Under the pieces are notes generated by a model. It was not told where the DNA came from and searched no databases. It worked only from the letters and a program-made list of their open reading frames with translations. A stretch of DNA of 64,000 bases from Alphaproteobacteria bacterium (GTDB lineage: Bacteria; Pseudomonadota; Alphaproteobacteria; Bin95), in the NCBI GenBank assembly GCA_965205265.1, contig CBDBGH010000003.1:2272001-2336000 (forward strand), in the 5' to 3' direction. The position numbers were made by a program, and so were the translations under genes. Positions 21,591-31,448 of this stretch are shown here, one piece after another (within the stretch, counting starts at the first letter, position 1; each line of letters starts with the position of its first letter).

Positions 21591-22511
21591 CTACTGCGAC
21601 GTCGCCTTTACGACGTCCTCAAGGCTCTTCGTGACCTTCGCCGCGAAGTCGGAGATTTCGGACGACGGGATGTAGCGCTTCGGGAACTGGATGTTCGCCA
21701 GCACCTGCGTGAAGTCCGGATCGTCCATCGCCGCCTTGGCCGCCGCCTCCAGCTTCATGGCGATCTCGTCGGAAATCCCCGCCGGGGCCGCCAGCACGGA
21801 ATTGCCCGGCATGGCGATTCCGTAGAGGTCCTGGGTGGTGGGCGCGTCGGGGTCCTGCGCCAGGCCGCCCGCAAGGAACGACGCGAGCACGACCATCTTG
21901 TCGCCGTGCTTCTGGTGGATGCCGCCGCTGAAGGCGAAGTCGATCTTGCCGCCGAGCAGGAACGGCACCATCTCGCCGCCGCCGCGCGTCGGGATCGCCG
22001 TCCACTGAACGCCTTCCTTGGCCGCGATGTAGTTCAGGAACACTTTCGACATACCGCCCATGTCCGCGACATTGAGCGGATTGGTCTTCGTATATTCCAG
22101 CAGCTCCTTGAGCGTCTTGAACGGCTTGTCCGGCGTGGTGATGAGCGCCATCTGGTATTCGCTGATGCCGGCGATGAGGCGGATGTCGTCCACGCTGTAG
22201 GCGACATCCTTCTTGGTCATCGGGTTCCAGATCATGTTGCCGAGATCGGTATAGGCGATGGTGTGGCCGTCGGGCTTCGCCTTGGAAAGGAAGGTCACGC
22301 CCACGGCGCTGCCGGCCCCCGGACGGGTCTTGACCACGACCGTGCCGCCGAGCTCCTTGCCGAGCGCCTTGGAGAGCACCATGGACATGGTGTGCGTGGT
22401 GCCGCCGGCCTTGTAGGGCACGATCAGCGTGATCGGCTTGTCCGGATACGCGGCGGCCGTGCCGGCCGCGAACGACGCCGCCAGCGCGGCCAGTGCAACT
22501 CTCTTGAGCAT
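21591..22511 (-). CDS. tctC: Tripartite tricarboxylate transporter substrate-binding protein (Bug/TctC)
   Basis: Signal peptide, YPDKPITLIVPYKAGG, KPDGHT. Confidence 0.92.
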   Translation of the reverse strand: MLKRVALAALAASFAAGTAAAYPDKPITLIVPYKAGGTTHTMSMVLSKALGKELGGTVVVKTRPGAGSAVGVTFLSKAKPDGHTIAYTDLGNMIWNPMTKKDVAYSVDDIRLIAGISEYQMALITTPDKPFKTLKELLEYTKTNPLNVADMGGMSKVFLNYIAAKEGVQWTAIPTRGGGEMVPFLLGGKIDFAFSGGIHQKHGDKMVVLASFLAGGLAQDPDAPTTQDLYGIAMPGNSVLAAPAGISDEIAMKLEAAAKAAMDDPDFTQVLANIQFPKRYIPSSEISDFAAKVTKSLEDVVKATSQ

Positions 22512-22565
22512 GATGTCTCCCTTGCTTTTCAGGTTGCTCCCGTTACCGGCCGCCCTGCCCGCGTG

Positions 22566-23702
22566 TCAGGCATCGACGACCAGAATTTCCTCATTGTCGA
22601 AATAGTCGGAGCGCAGCACGGGACCGTTGTCGGTCACCTCGAGCAAATCCTCCATGTGGTAGCCGCACTTCCCGACCCAGCGCACGCGCGTCTCGATCGT
22701 GCTCATCATGCCCGGCTCAAAGGCCATGTCCTCATGCGGGCCGATGAGCGGGCGCTCATGCACCAGCAACCCGAGCCCGTGGCCGTTATGCGCGTAAGGG
22801 AAAGGAATGCCGTGGCGCTCATGCAGCGCGGTCGCCCGCTCGAACAACTGCCGCCCGGTGTTCCCCGGCCGGACCATGTCGATCAGTTCGTGGTGGATTT
22901 CGCGCAGCCGCGACCACCAGGACCGGTCCTCACCGTTGAGCGGCCCGAGCTTGGCCGTGCGCCCGACATTCGAGTAGTAGCGCCCGTAGCGCCCGCCTGC
23001 ATCCGCCTTCAGGATGTCGCCGCGCTTCACGCGGTAGTCGGACGGGTCCTTGTGCGGAAAGCCGGTGTTGGGCCCGCCATTGATATGCGTGAACGCCACC
23101 GACTCCGCGCCGTGGCGCAGGATGCCGTCGGCGAGGCGGAAGCACATGTCGCGCTCCGTGTCGCCCGGCCGCGTCGCGAGAAAGGCCTCTTTCAACGCCC
23201 GCTCGGTGCCCCGGAAGCCTTCGGCGAGGCGGTCGCGCTCGCGCGGCGTCTTGATGACGCGCGCGCGGTCGAAGACGGGCTCCGCCCTTCCGAACCGCGC
23301 ATTCGGCAGCAGCGCGCGCAGGCGTTCGTAGTAGATCGCCGGCAGGTAATCGAGCTCCAGCCCGACAAGCCCGCGCGACGCCCCCAGTTCGTCGACGACC
23401 TCCGCCAGCATGTCCACGGGCGAGGTGACGAACTCCTTGTAGGCGCGGATGTCAGTGATCCAGCCTTCCTCCCGCGCGAAGCCCTCCTCAACCCGGCAGA
23501 GGATGAAGACCGGCTCGCGCACCCCGTCCCAGACGACCAGCGCCAGCCGGTCGCGGATATCGACCTGCGTCGAGATGAACACGTCGCTGGTGTAGAGGAC
23601 GTTCTCGGGCGATGCGGCGACGACGAGGTCGAACTCGCTCGCCTGGATAAGCCGCTTCAGCCTGGGCAGGTCGCCGAGCGCATCCTCGAAGCGTTTCGCC
23701 AC
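22566..23702 (-). CDS. M24 (Xaa-Pro peptidase/creatinase) family protein
   Basis: RVIKTPRE, GHGLGLLVHERP, MEDLLEVT. Confidence 0.88.
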   Translation of the reverse strand: MAKRFEDALGDLPRLKRLIQASEFDLVVAASPENVLYTSDVFISTQVDIRDRLALVVWDGVREPVFILCRVEEGFAREEGWITDIRAYKEFVTSPVDMLAEVVDELGASRGLVGLELDYLPAIYYERLRALLPNARFGRAEPVFDRARVIKTPRERDRLAEGFRGTERALKEAFLATRPGDTERDMCFRLADGILRHGAESVAFTHINGGPNTGFPHKDPSDYRVKRGDILKADAGGRYGRYYSNVGRTAKLGPLNGEDRSWWSRLREIHHELIDMVRPGNTGRQLFERATALHERHGIPFPYAHNGHGLGLLVHERPLIGPHEDMAFEPGMMSTIETRVRWVGKCGYHMEDLLEVTDNGPVLRSDYFDNEEILVVDA

Positions 23703-23760
23703 CGCCCCCCTCCGGAAGGTCGAACCGAGCACGGACCTTAGCCCGGATGCCCCGCCGATG

Positions 23761-24162
23761 TCACGCCTGCGTCGGGACCATGAAAGTGCATTTCGGGCCG
23801 GGCGCGCGAGCGAGCTTCCCGTCCAGCGTCACGAGCGGGTAGTCCAGCGCTTCGGCCAGCGCCACATACCAGGCGTCGTAGCTCGTCAGATTGCTGCGGA
23901 GTTCCCAGACCCGGCGGGCGAACGGAGCGAAGGGAAACAGTTCGATGGCCATTCCAAGCAGGTCGGCCTGCGCGCCGTTCGCCTCGATCCGGGATACGAT
24001 GTTCGCCCGCTCCATGCGGCGCAGGATATTGGTGGCTTCCGCCAGCACCAGTTCCGGCGCGGCCAGCGCATTCGCAGCCACAACCGATTCCGCCCATTCG
24101 CCGTGGGGCCCGGAGTCGACCAGCGCCGCGACCACCGCCGACGCATCGACGACAGCGTTCAC
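23761..24162 (-). CDS. vapC: VapC-type PIN-domain toxin
   Basis: VVDASA, APEL..E, YDAWYVALAE, LVTLD. Confidence 0.9.
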   Translation of the reverse strand: MNAVVDASAVVAALVDSGPHGEWAESVVAANALAAPELVLAEATNILRRMERANIVSRIEANGAQADLLGMAIELFPFAPFARRVWELRSNLTSYDAWYVALAEALDYPLVTLDGKLARAPGPKCTFMVPTQA

Positions 24163-24395
24163 TTACGGTCCGCGTCCCGGGCCCGCAGAATGTCCGAAGG
24201 CCGCACGCGGCTGCCGGCAGCATCCTTGCGCCGCCGCACGCCCCGGAGCCAGCTCTCGACGGACGGCCGGGACGCTATGCGCTCCAGTTCGCAGCGCAGG
24301 AATTCCTGCATGGACTGCCGACGCTCCGCCGCCCGCAGCGCGAGCTCGTCGCGAACCTCCTCGGCAACGCCCCTTATCGTGATCTGCACCGCCAT
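24159..24395 (-). CDS. FitA-like ribbon-helix-helix antitoxin
   Basis: MAVQITIRGV..RAA..SMQEFLR; 4-nt overlap with PIN gene. Confidence 0.82.
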   Translation of the reverse strand: MAVQITIRGVAEEVRDELALRAAERRQSMQEFLRCELERIASRPSVESWLRGVRRRKDAAGSRVRPSDILRARDADRK

Positions 24396-24459
24396 GACCG
24401 CATTTTGCCATTGCAGACAGCATATTGCAAGCACGCGGCTCCGTGCGAGATTGCCGGAT

Positions 24460-24885
24460 TCACGCACCTCTCTGCGGCCGGGACTTCCGGAGCAGGTTTG
24501 CGGCGGCGAGGCGTTTGCTGCGCTCCAGGCCGTGGCGCTTCAGGAAGCGTTGCACGGTCGCGAAGCTGAAGGCGAAGCCCTCCGCGGCGAGCGCCTTGCG
24601 CAGCCCGTGGATGGACAGCGCCGGCCGCGCCTCCAGAATGCGGAAAATCCGCTCCCGCTCCGGCTCGATCCGCGAGGTCCCGCCGCCACCCTGCCTGTCG
24701 GGCCGGACATGGCCGCGCTCGCGAAACCGCCGCACCCAGAGCCAGACGCTGCTCTCGCTCACCTCGTAGAGCTGCGCCGCCGCCCGCATGCTCATCCCCC
24801 TCTCCAGCACCGCCGCGACCGCGCGCCGCCTGAGATGCTCGCCGATCGCATGGCCCCGCCTGCTCACCACCGTCATGTCGCTCAT
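24460..24885 (-). CDS. Stand-alone IS630 OrfA-like HTH protein (no DDE domain)
   Basis: LRRRAVAAV..GMSMRAAA..VSESSVWLW, ATVQRFLKRHGL; resembles OrfA at 42589; RBS AAGGGAG. Confidence 0.7.
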   Translation of the reverse strand: MSDMTVVSRRGHAIGEHLRRRAVAAVLERGMSMRAAAQLYEVSESSVWLWVRRFRERGHVRPDRQGGGGTSRIEPERERIFRILEARPALSIHGLRKALAAEGFAFSFATVQRFLKRHGLERSKRLAAANLLRKSRPQRGA

Positions 24886-25103
24886 GTCTCCCTTCCCGGA
24901 TGCGGCCTGTCCGGCCGCGATGAAGATTGCGCCCGCCCGGCCCCGGCGGTACTCGAACCCGGATGAATAGCCGCGATCCGGTGCGCGCACCTCGCCTGTT
25001 GTGCAGCCGCTGCGCCGCCGCGCGGCCTGCCGGTTCGCGTGTCGAAGGAGCGGCATCGCCGCTTTTGCTGTCAGGTCATGGTCTCCCTCGCTCGCCCTGT
25101 TGA

Positions 25104-25118
25104 GAACTAATATAGAAC
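25104..25118. promoter_or_regulatory. Alphaproteobacterial LexA (SOS) box
   Basis: GAAC-TAATATA-GAAC is an exact GAAC-N7-GAAC in an AT-rich patch. Confidence 0.65.
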
Positions 25119-25277
25119 ATTATCGGCAGAACACAACCTTGTATAGGAAAAAATATCGAGAACGGCGGCGGCGCGCGGCCCGTGACCTCGGCGGAGAATG
25201 TGGGCTAGTATGCCGGAACCGAAGTGCGTATCGCATTGTCCGGAGCGTCCGGCCGCTCCCGCGTCATGCCCTCATAT

Positions 25278-25363
25278 CGTCATGCCCGGACTTGTTCCGG
25301 GCATCTCCCTCGGGGTTATCGCGGCGGCCGAAACGGATGCCCGGAACAAGTCCGGGCATGACG
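25278..25363. repeat. Palindromic intergenic repeat with perfect 28-bp arms
   Basis: CGTCATGCCCGGACTTGTTCCGGGCATC (25278-305) and its exact reverse complement (25336-363). Confidence 0.85.
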
Positions 25364-25701
25364 GGACGGGAGCGCCGGGCGGACCGGGCGGCCGGGGGGA
25401 AATTGCATGAGCGGGGTCGGAGCGTGAATAGGCCTGGGGCCGGGTCCTGGATCGTCGGGGTGGATGTGGGCGGCACACATATAAAAGCAAAAAGGGCCAC
25501 TCGGTACCGGTTAGTGCCACAGGGTGCCTAACCGGACCATAACGCTATATATTTTCTAGGATTTTTGCCTCCCCACGGGCTTGACCTAGTGTCAGTCGGG
25601 ACCTATCCTGGGTCACCGAGTTACTCCCGGTTGCTTGCGCTACGCTTACGCTTATGGCACGCAGAATCGGTCGGGCTCGCCAAATCCGCCGGAGGCATCG
25701 C

Positions 25702-26892
25702 ATGGCCAAGCTTCAATACCGCAACATCTCCAAGCGCACCGTCGACGGGCTCACCGTCGAGGACAAGGACGCCGTGTTCTGGGACCGCGAGCTGCCGGGC
25801 TTCGGGGTCAGGGTCTATCCCTCCGGCTCGAAGGTCTTCGTTGTTCAGACCCGGACTGGAGGCAAATCCAAACGGATCACGCTCGGACGCTACGGCGTGC
25901 TCACTGCCGACCAGGCCCGCAAGATGGCGATCAAGAGCCTGATGGCGCTCAAGAGCGGCCAGGACCCGCAGGCCAGGCCCGCGAGCACGGTCACTGTGAA
26001 CGAACTCGTGGCGCTCTACTTCCGGGACCATGTCGCACATCACTGCAAGGCGAGCACGGCGAAGGCCTACCGGCGCCTCGTCGACCGCTTCATCCTGCCG
26101 GCCTACGGCCGCCTGCCCGTGGAGAAGGTTGACCGCGAACACATCGCCAAGCTCCACCGTAAACTCGGCGACCGGCCCTGCCAGGCCAACCGGGTGCTGG
26201 AGATCGCCGTCAAGCTGTTCAACCTTGCCGACGAATGGAAGCTGCGCACCGGCGGCAATCCGTGCCGGTTCGTTCGCAAATACCCGGAACAGCGGCGGGA
26301 GCGGTTCCTGACCGACGCGGAGTTCCGCCGGCTGGGCGACGTGCTGAACGAAATGGAGGCTGACGGCTCCCTGCCGACATATCCGGCAGCGGCGATCCGC
26401 CTGCTGATGCTGACCGGGTGCCGGCGCAACGAGATCGTGACGCTGGAATGGAAGAACGTGGATCTCGAAGCCGGCGAGCTCCGCTTGCCCGATTCGAAAA
26501 CGGGGCCGCGCATGGTGCCCCTGTCGCCGGTGGCGGCGCAGCTGCTGAGAGAACTGCCGCGCGTCCAAGACAATCCCCATGTGATCCCGGGTTTCCGGCC
26601 CGGCAAGCACCTTGCCGACCTCAACCACTATTGGGACCGGGTGCGCGAGAAGGCCGATCTGGCGGAAGTCCGGCTGCATGACATCCGACACAGCTTTGCG
26701 TCACGGGCGCTCGCGCTCGGGGAGTCGCTGTCGATGATCGGCAAGCTACTCGGCCACAGCAAGATCGACACCACCTCGCGCTACGCGCATCTGGCCCGGG
26801 ATTCGATCAAGGCCTCGTCCGCGCGAGTCGCCGACAGCATCGGAGCCGACATCCTCGACCGGCCATGCCCGCGCGAGACCGCCTCCGCCTGA
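25702..26892 (+). CDS. Tyrosine recombinase/integrase with arm-DNA-binding N-terminus
   Basis: WDRELPGFGVRV, LTGCRRNE, HDIRHSFAS, LLGH, RYAH catalytic motifs. Confidence 0.93.
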   Translation: MAKLQYRNISKRTVDGLTVEDKDAVFWDRELPGFGVRVYPSGSKVFVVQTRTGGKSKRITLGRYGVLTADQARKMAIKSLMALKSGQDPQARPASTVTVNELVALYFRDHVAHHCKASTAKAYRRLVDRFILPAYGRLPVEKVDREHIAKLHRKLGDRPCQANRVLEIAVKLFNLADEWKLRTGGNPCRFVRKYPEQRRERFLTDAEFRRLGDVLNEMEADGSLPTYPAAAIRLLMLTGCRRNEIVTLEWKNVDLEAGELRLPDSKTGPRMVPLSPVAAQLLRELPRVQDNPHVIPGFRPGKHLADLNHYWDRVREKADLAEVRLHDIRHSFASRALALGESLSMIGKLLGHSKIDTTSRYAHLARDSIKASSARVADSIGADILDRPCPRETASA

Positions 26893-26969
26893 GCGGTCGC
26901 GCCGCCGGCGCCGATTTCCCTGGACGGCCAAACGTTGGGCCGTCCATCCGGCATCGGGGGACCCTGGCC

Positions 26970-27152
26970 ATCCACGCCATTCTTCCCTCCTTCGCCTCGC
27001 GGGCGCTCGCGCTCGGAGAGGGCTGCCGGTCACCCGCCGGCTGCTCGGTCGTCACCGCGGAGTCGAGACGACCGCGCCATATGAATCTCGCGCGCGACTC
27101 GGTGCGGAAATGCGCAAACAAGATGGCGGTCAGCATCGCAGCCGACATTCTG
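26970..27152 (+). pseudogene. Degenerate second copy of an integrase C-terminus
   Basis: IHAILPSFASRALALGEG ... NLARDSVRKCANKMAVSIAADIL parallels LHDIRHSFASRALALGES ... HLARDSIKASSARVADSIGADIL. Confidence 0.75.
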
Positions 27153-27349
27153 TTGGTTCCGCAGTTCAGGTCATGCCTCGTTCAGAGCCGCGGCAAGTTG
27201 GAAAGTGATATCTCCGGAAGCTCGTCCTCGGAAGTGAAACGTTTCTCCGCCATGCGACGGATCATTCTCTTCACCGCCCGTTCGAGAAATTGACGCTCAT
27301 CGCTGCTCAATTCATTGCTTACGCCCTCTGCCTTCCGCGCATCCACGCC

Positions 27350-27465
27350 ACCCGTCCGCCGCCGCCAGCGACACCGCGCTCCCGCCCACCGTCACCGTGA
27401 AGGCCGACGCCGCGGGCACGGCATTCCCGTCCAGGCCCCCGTCGAAGGCCACCGTCAGCGCCGCC
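27350..27465 (-). pseudogene. Fragment of an SwmB-like surface-protein repeat
   Basis: LTVAFDGGLDGNAVPAASAFTVTVGGSAVSL. Confidence 0.5.
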
Positions 27466-29776
27466 TCGCGCGCGGGGCCCTCCCATGGACTATGGGGACA
27501 AGCGACTGCCGTGCCCGTGGTACATTTTTTGCACCGCCGCGCCGGTGCATTTTGCTCCGCCGTTGACACATCCTATCCTTGCTGAGCATCGAAACGCGCT
27601 AGCACACGGCGATCCATTTGATAAATTGCCCACGCGCGGGATGCTCGAACTGATCAGGGATCTCATGATTCTTGCTTATCGGCACTACATCGCCGAGGCC
27701 GAAAATCCTGTCCCAGCTCTGCCGGGAGACCCCCTGTACCTCCTCGTGAAAAGATAGAAACGCTGCATGGAGACTTTCACCCTAGACGCTCGCCAACTTG
27801 CTCGTATCGAATCGGTTCACCGCGGCTTTCTCTATCAGCACCTCTACGCTGCGGCGTGCTTGTTCCACGCCGCGAGCTCGGGCGTCACACACGTCATCGT
27901 CGAGAACGACGAAGACATTGAGCTAGTGCTCCCCGAACGGCGCATCTATGCGCAGATCAAGACGCGCGGATCGCGCCTTAGCTTCAGCGATATTGAAAGC
28001 GCCCTCACGAGGTTCGATCAGATTCGCACAGAGCACGTCGAAGGCCGACGAAACGGCGCCTGCCAATTCGTTGTCGTGTCGAGCGCGGCACCCGGTCCAG
28101 ATCTCGCTGAACGAGCGGTAGGTGCGGACTGGCCGAACGACGTAACTCTCTTGCACCCCGGGTCTGCCTCTGCGGACGCTGCGCTCCCCGAGCCGTGGGA
28201 GACGGTTAGCGAGGCCTTCGAAGCATGCCGGGCGGCGGCGGAGACACTGCCGTTTTCCATCCTGGCGCCCGAAACACTCGTTTGGAAACTCGCGGGGCGA
28301 ATATTCGCGGCGGCAGCGGGTATCGAACCCAACCCAAGCCACACTTTTGCTGCCGAGGATCTTCCAGACCTCTTTGAGCAACTGGTCGTTCAACTGCAGG
28401 ACTTTCCCACGCCGCCGCTGCGATACCGGCCACAGGATAGGGAGCCGGCGCTCGTCAGCCCGCAACGCGTGCGGCTCGTCGTCGGCTTCTCGGGCGCTGG
28501 CAAGACCTCATGGGTTTCCCAAGCCGCTCTGCACGCGACCGACAGACTCGCCTATTACGACGTTGCAGACCTGTCTGGTCCCGCGCTGGCAAGCGCCGTC
28601 GCTCGTGAGCTTGCGGCTCGAATGTTCGGCTCACGCGGCGGCACCCTAGGGGAAATTCTGTTGCCCGGAGCGAACGGAGCCGAAATCCTCGTCGCGATCG
28701 GTCACCACCTTGCGAAAGATGGCCTCACTGCGACCGTGGTCTTGGACAACGCCCACCGCGTTGCCGCCGCCGACATTGCTTCCCTCATTGCCGCGTCCCC
28801 GCAATTGCGCTTCGTCCTGCTCGCTCAACCAAACGCTTCGATTGCCCGCCTCGAAGCCACTCTCGGGATTTCAGCCGAACCTCTTCTCGGTTGGTCGAAC
28901 GAGACCGCCGCGGAGGAAGGGTCATCGCTTGGATGTCGCGGTGGCTATGCGGACTATGAGCGTTTGCTGACGCTCACAGGTGGCTTGCCGCTGTATGTTC
29001 AAAACGCTCTCAAGATTGCCGCCAAGTCTTATGGCGGTAGCGTCGGTCGTCTCTGCGTAGCGCTTGAGGAGCGGACGCACATCGTCGAAACGGCACAGGA
29101 ACTCATCCTCGCGGATGTTTTCGATACCTACACTGACAATGAGCGCCGTACGGTCGCCGCACTCAGCCTGAGTGATGTTCCGCTCTCACAAGCCGAGGCC
29201 AGCACTGTACTGAAGCGGACGTTCGGCTTGGAGGCAGCCGACGCAGCCGCAGCGTATCGCCGTCTTCGATCAAGTGGCTCTATTCAGATCTTCGGCGTCG
29301 ATCGCTTCAAGATTCACGATGCGATCCGTCCGATCGGGTGCGCGTACCTCAACGATTGTGGTGTCGCCACGCTAAAGACGGCGCAGCAGACAATTCGCGA
29401 TCTCATGATGGTCGCGCTGCCGAAAGAGCATGATCGCCAACGGGTATTCCTTCTCCTTCGGATGTTCGTGACTCTCGGCAATGTGAAGCCTTTGGTCGAG
29501 ATGGCTACCGACGAGCTGTTTCATGAACTTGGTTACATGGAAGAGATTTCTGCGTTCCTGTCCCAGGCCGCTGCGTCTGAACACATGCCCGCCGAAGACC
29601 GATTCTGGGCTCTCGACGGACTCGTCTTTGCTCACTTCAAGGCCGGTGACGATACTGACGTCCGAAGCAAGCTCGATCACATTGTTAGCGACGGTTAGGA
29701 AGGGCGTTTATTTGCTGGCGCGGAACGGCCGGTTTGTGCGGCTTGCGAGCAGCGTCGCATGGGTTAGGTGTTGCGT

Positions 29777-30670
29777 TCATCTGATTGGGCGGTCATCGGT
29801 TTCGAGCGGCTCGCCGTCGCGGTCACAGATGAGCATGTCGTTCCAGTCCTGGTTTTCGAGGGCCGGTCGCATTCGGACGATTCTTGTGTCGTTGTCTTGC
29901 ATGCGGCGGGCGGCGTGATCGCCGTATCGTGTAGCGTCCCAGGCACAGAAGATACGGCGCGGGTTCCAGGCCTCGACCCATTTGGGGATTCTGGCCGTGA
30001 TGGCGCCGGTGGAGACGACGGCGCATTTGCTGCGTTTTTCCGGGACGAGGTGGAGGGAGAGGATCGACAGGGCGTCGAGGGCGCTGCCGGTGAGGATGAC
30101 GGTGCCGGGCCAGTCGGGCTCCCATGACATCCAGAAGCCGCCGTCTGCGGCCGGCTCCTGCGCTGCGGGGAGGGTCTCTATGCCGACCACCTTGCTGGCG
30201 GCGTTTCGGCGGAGGAACACGGGATTGCCGCGCCGGTCGGCACGGATCAGGCCGAGGCCTCGGCATAGCTCGACGAGCGCGTCGGCGAGGCCGCGCTGCT
30301 CGATGAGGTATTGCCGCAGCGCCGGCCAGCGAGGGTCCTGGCACGAGGGCTCCGCCTCACAGCGACTGTTCGGGAGCCGTGAGTGGCGCGGCAGTTGGGC
30401 GAGGAAGTCGAGGGCTTCGGTCGTTGGGCATCCGAGCGCATGAACCGCCAGCTGGATGGCCCCGGCGCCTCCCTCTCCGCGCAGATGGTCGTAGAACATG
30501 AAGCGGTTGATGGAGAGGACCGAACCGGCTCGTCTCCAGCGCGCGGCATCGGCGGGATCGCGGCGATAGCCGAGGGCGTGGACCACGTCTTCGAGGGGGC
30601 AGCTTCGCAGCCCCTCGGCCCGCAGGCGGCGATCCCATGGATGCAGATGCTGCACGGCTGGCTCAGGCAT
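29777..30670 (-). CDS. DUF3991/Toprim-like passenger protein
   Basis: [40 protein letters not shown]. Confidence 0.65.
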   Translation of the reverse strand: MPEPAVQHLHPWDRRLRAEGLRSCPLEDVVHALGYRRDPADAARWRRAGSVLSINRFMFYDHLRGEGGAGAIQLAVHALGCPTTEALDFLAQLPRHSRLPNSRCEAEPSCQDPRWPALRQYLIEQRGLADALVELCRGLGLIRADRRGNPVFLRRNAASKVVGIETLPAAQEPAADGGFWMSWEPDWPGTVILTGSALDALSILSLHLVPEKRSKCAVVSTGAITARIPKWVEAWNPRRIFCAWDATRYGDHAARRMQDNDTRIVRMRPALENQDWNDMLICDRDGEPLETDDRPIR

Positions 30671-31448
30671 CCCCCGTGTCTTGCGCCGTGCTCTTGCCCG
30701 CTCCTTTTGCCGATCGCCGCCGGCGGCGATCGGCGCTGCGCTGCTTCTGGCGTTCCTCGGCCTCCTTGCGGCGGTATGAGTCGCCGTCGATGGCGAGGAT
30801 CTCGGCATTGTGGACGAGCCGGTCGACAAGGGCCACGAGGCAGGCGGCGTTGGGGAAGGCCTCGCTCCACTCGGCGAAGGGGCGGTTTGTGGTGATGATG
30901 GTGGAGCGCTGCTGGCTGCGGCTTGAGACGATATTGAACAGCAGGTCGGCATGACGGTTGGAGTAGGAGAGATATCCGACTTCGTCGATGACCAGGAGGT
31001 GCTGGCGGGCGTAGAAGCGCAGCCTGCGCTGGAGCATTGTGTCGGAGTCGATGGCGGCGAGCTCGCCGAGCAGGCTGGCGGCGGTTGCGAAGCGCACGGT
31101 GTGGCCTTCGAGGACGGCGCGGTGTGCGATATTGGCGGCGATTGTGGACTTGCCGACGCCGTTGGGGCCGATGAGGACGACATTGGCGCCCTCGCGGAGG
31201 AAGTTGAGGGTCATGAGGTCCTCGACGGCCATGCGGTCGCATCGCCTTGGCCAGTCCCAGTCGAAGTCGGCGAGCGGCTTGAACTGTCCGAGGCGGGCGG
31301 CGGTGAGGCGTCGCCTGAGGCTTCGGCTTCGCCTCTCTTCCTCTTCCCATGCGATCAGGGGCGGGAGCCAGTCGCGCTCCGCAACCTCGCTCCAGTGGGC
31401 GAGGAGGCCGTGCAGTCCGAGCGCCGTGGCGCGGTCCTTGAGGGTCAT
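30663..31448 (-). CDS. istB: IS21 helper ATPase
   Basis: [29 protein letters not shown]. Confidence 0.95.
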   Translation of the reverse strand: MTLKDRATALGLHGLLAHWSEVAERDWLPPLIAWEEEERRSRSLRRRLTAARLGQFKPLADFDWDWPRRCDRMAVEDLMTLNFLREGANVVLIGPNGVGKSTIAANIAHRAVLEGHTVRFATAASLLGELAAIDSDTMLQRRLRFYARQHLLVIDEVGYLSYSNRHADLLFNIVSSRSQQRSTIITTNRPFAEWSEAFPNAACLVALVDRLVHNAEILAIDGDSYRRKEAEERQKQRSADRRRRRSAKGAGKSTAQDTGDA

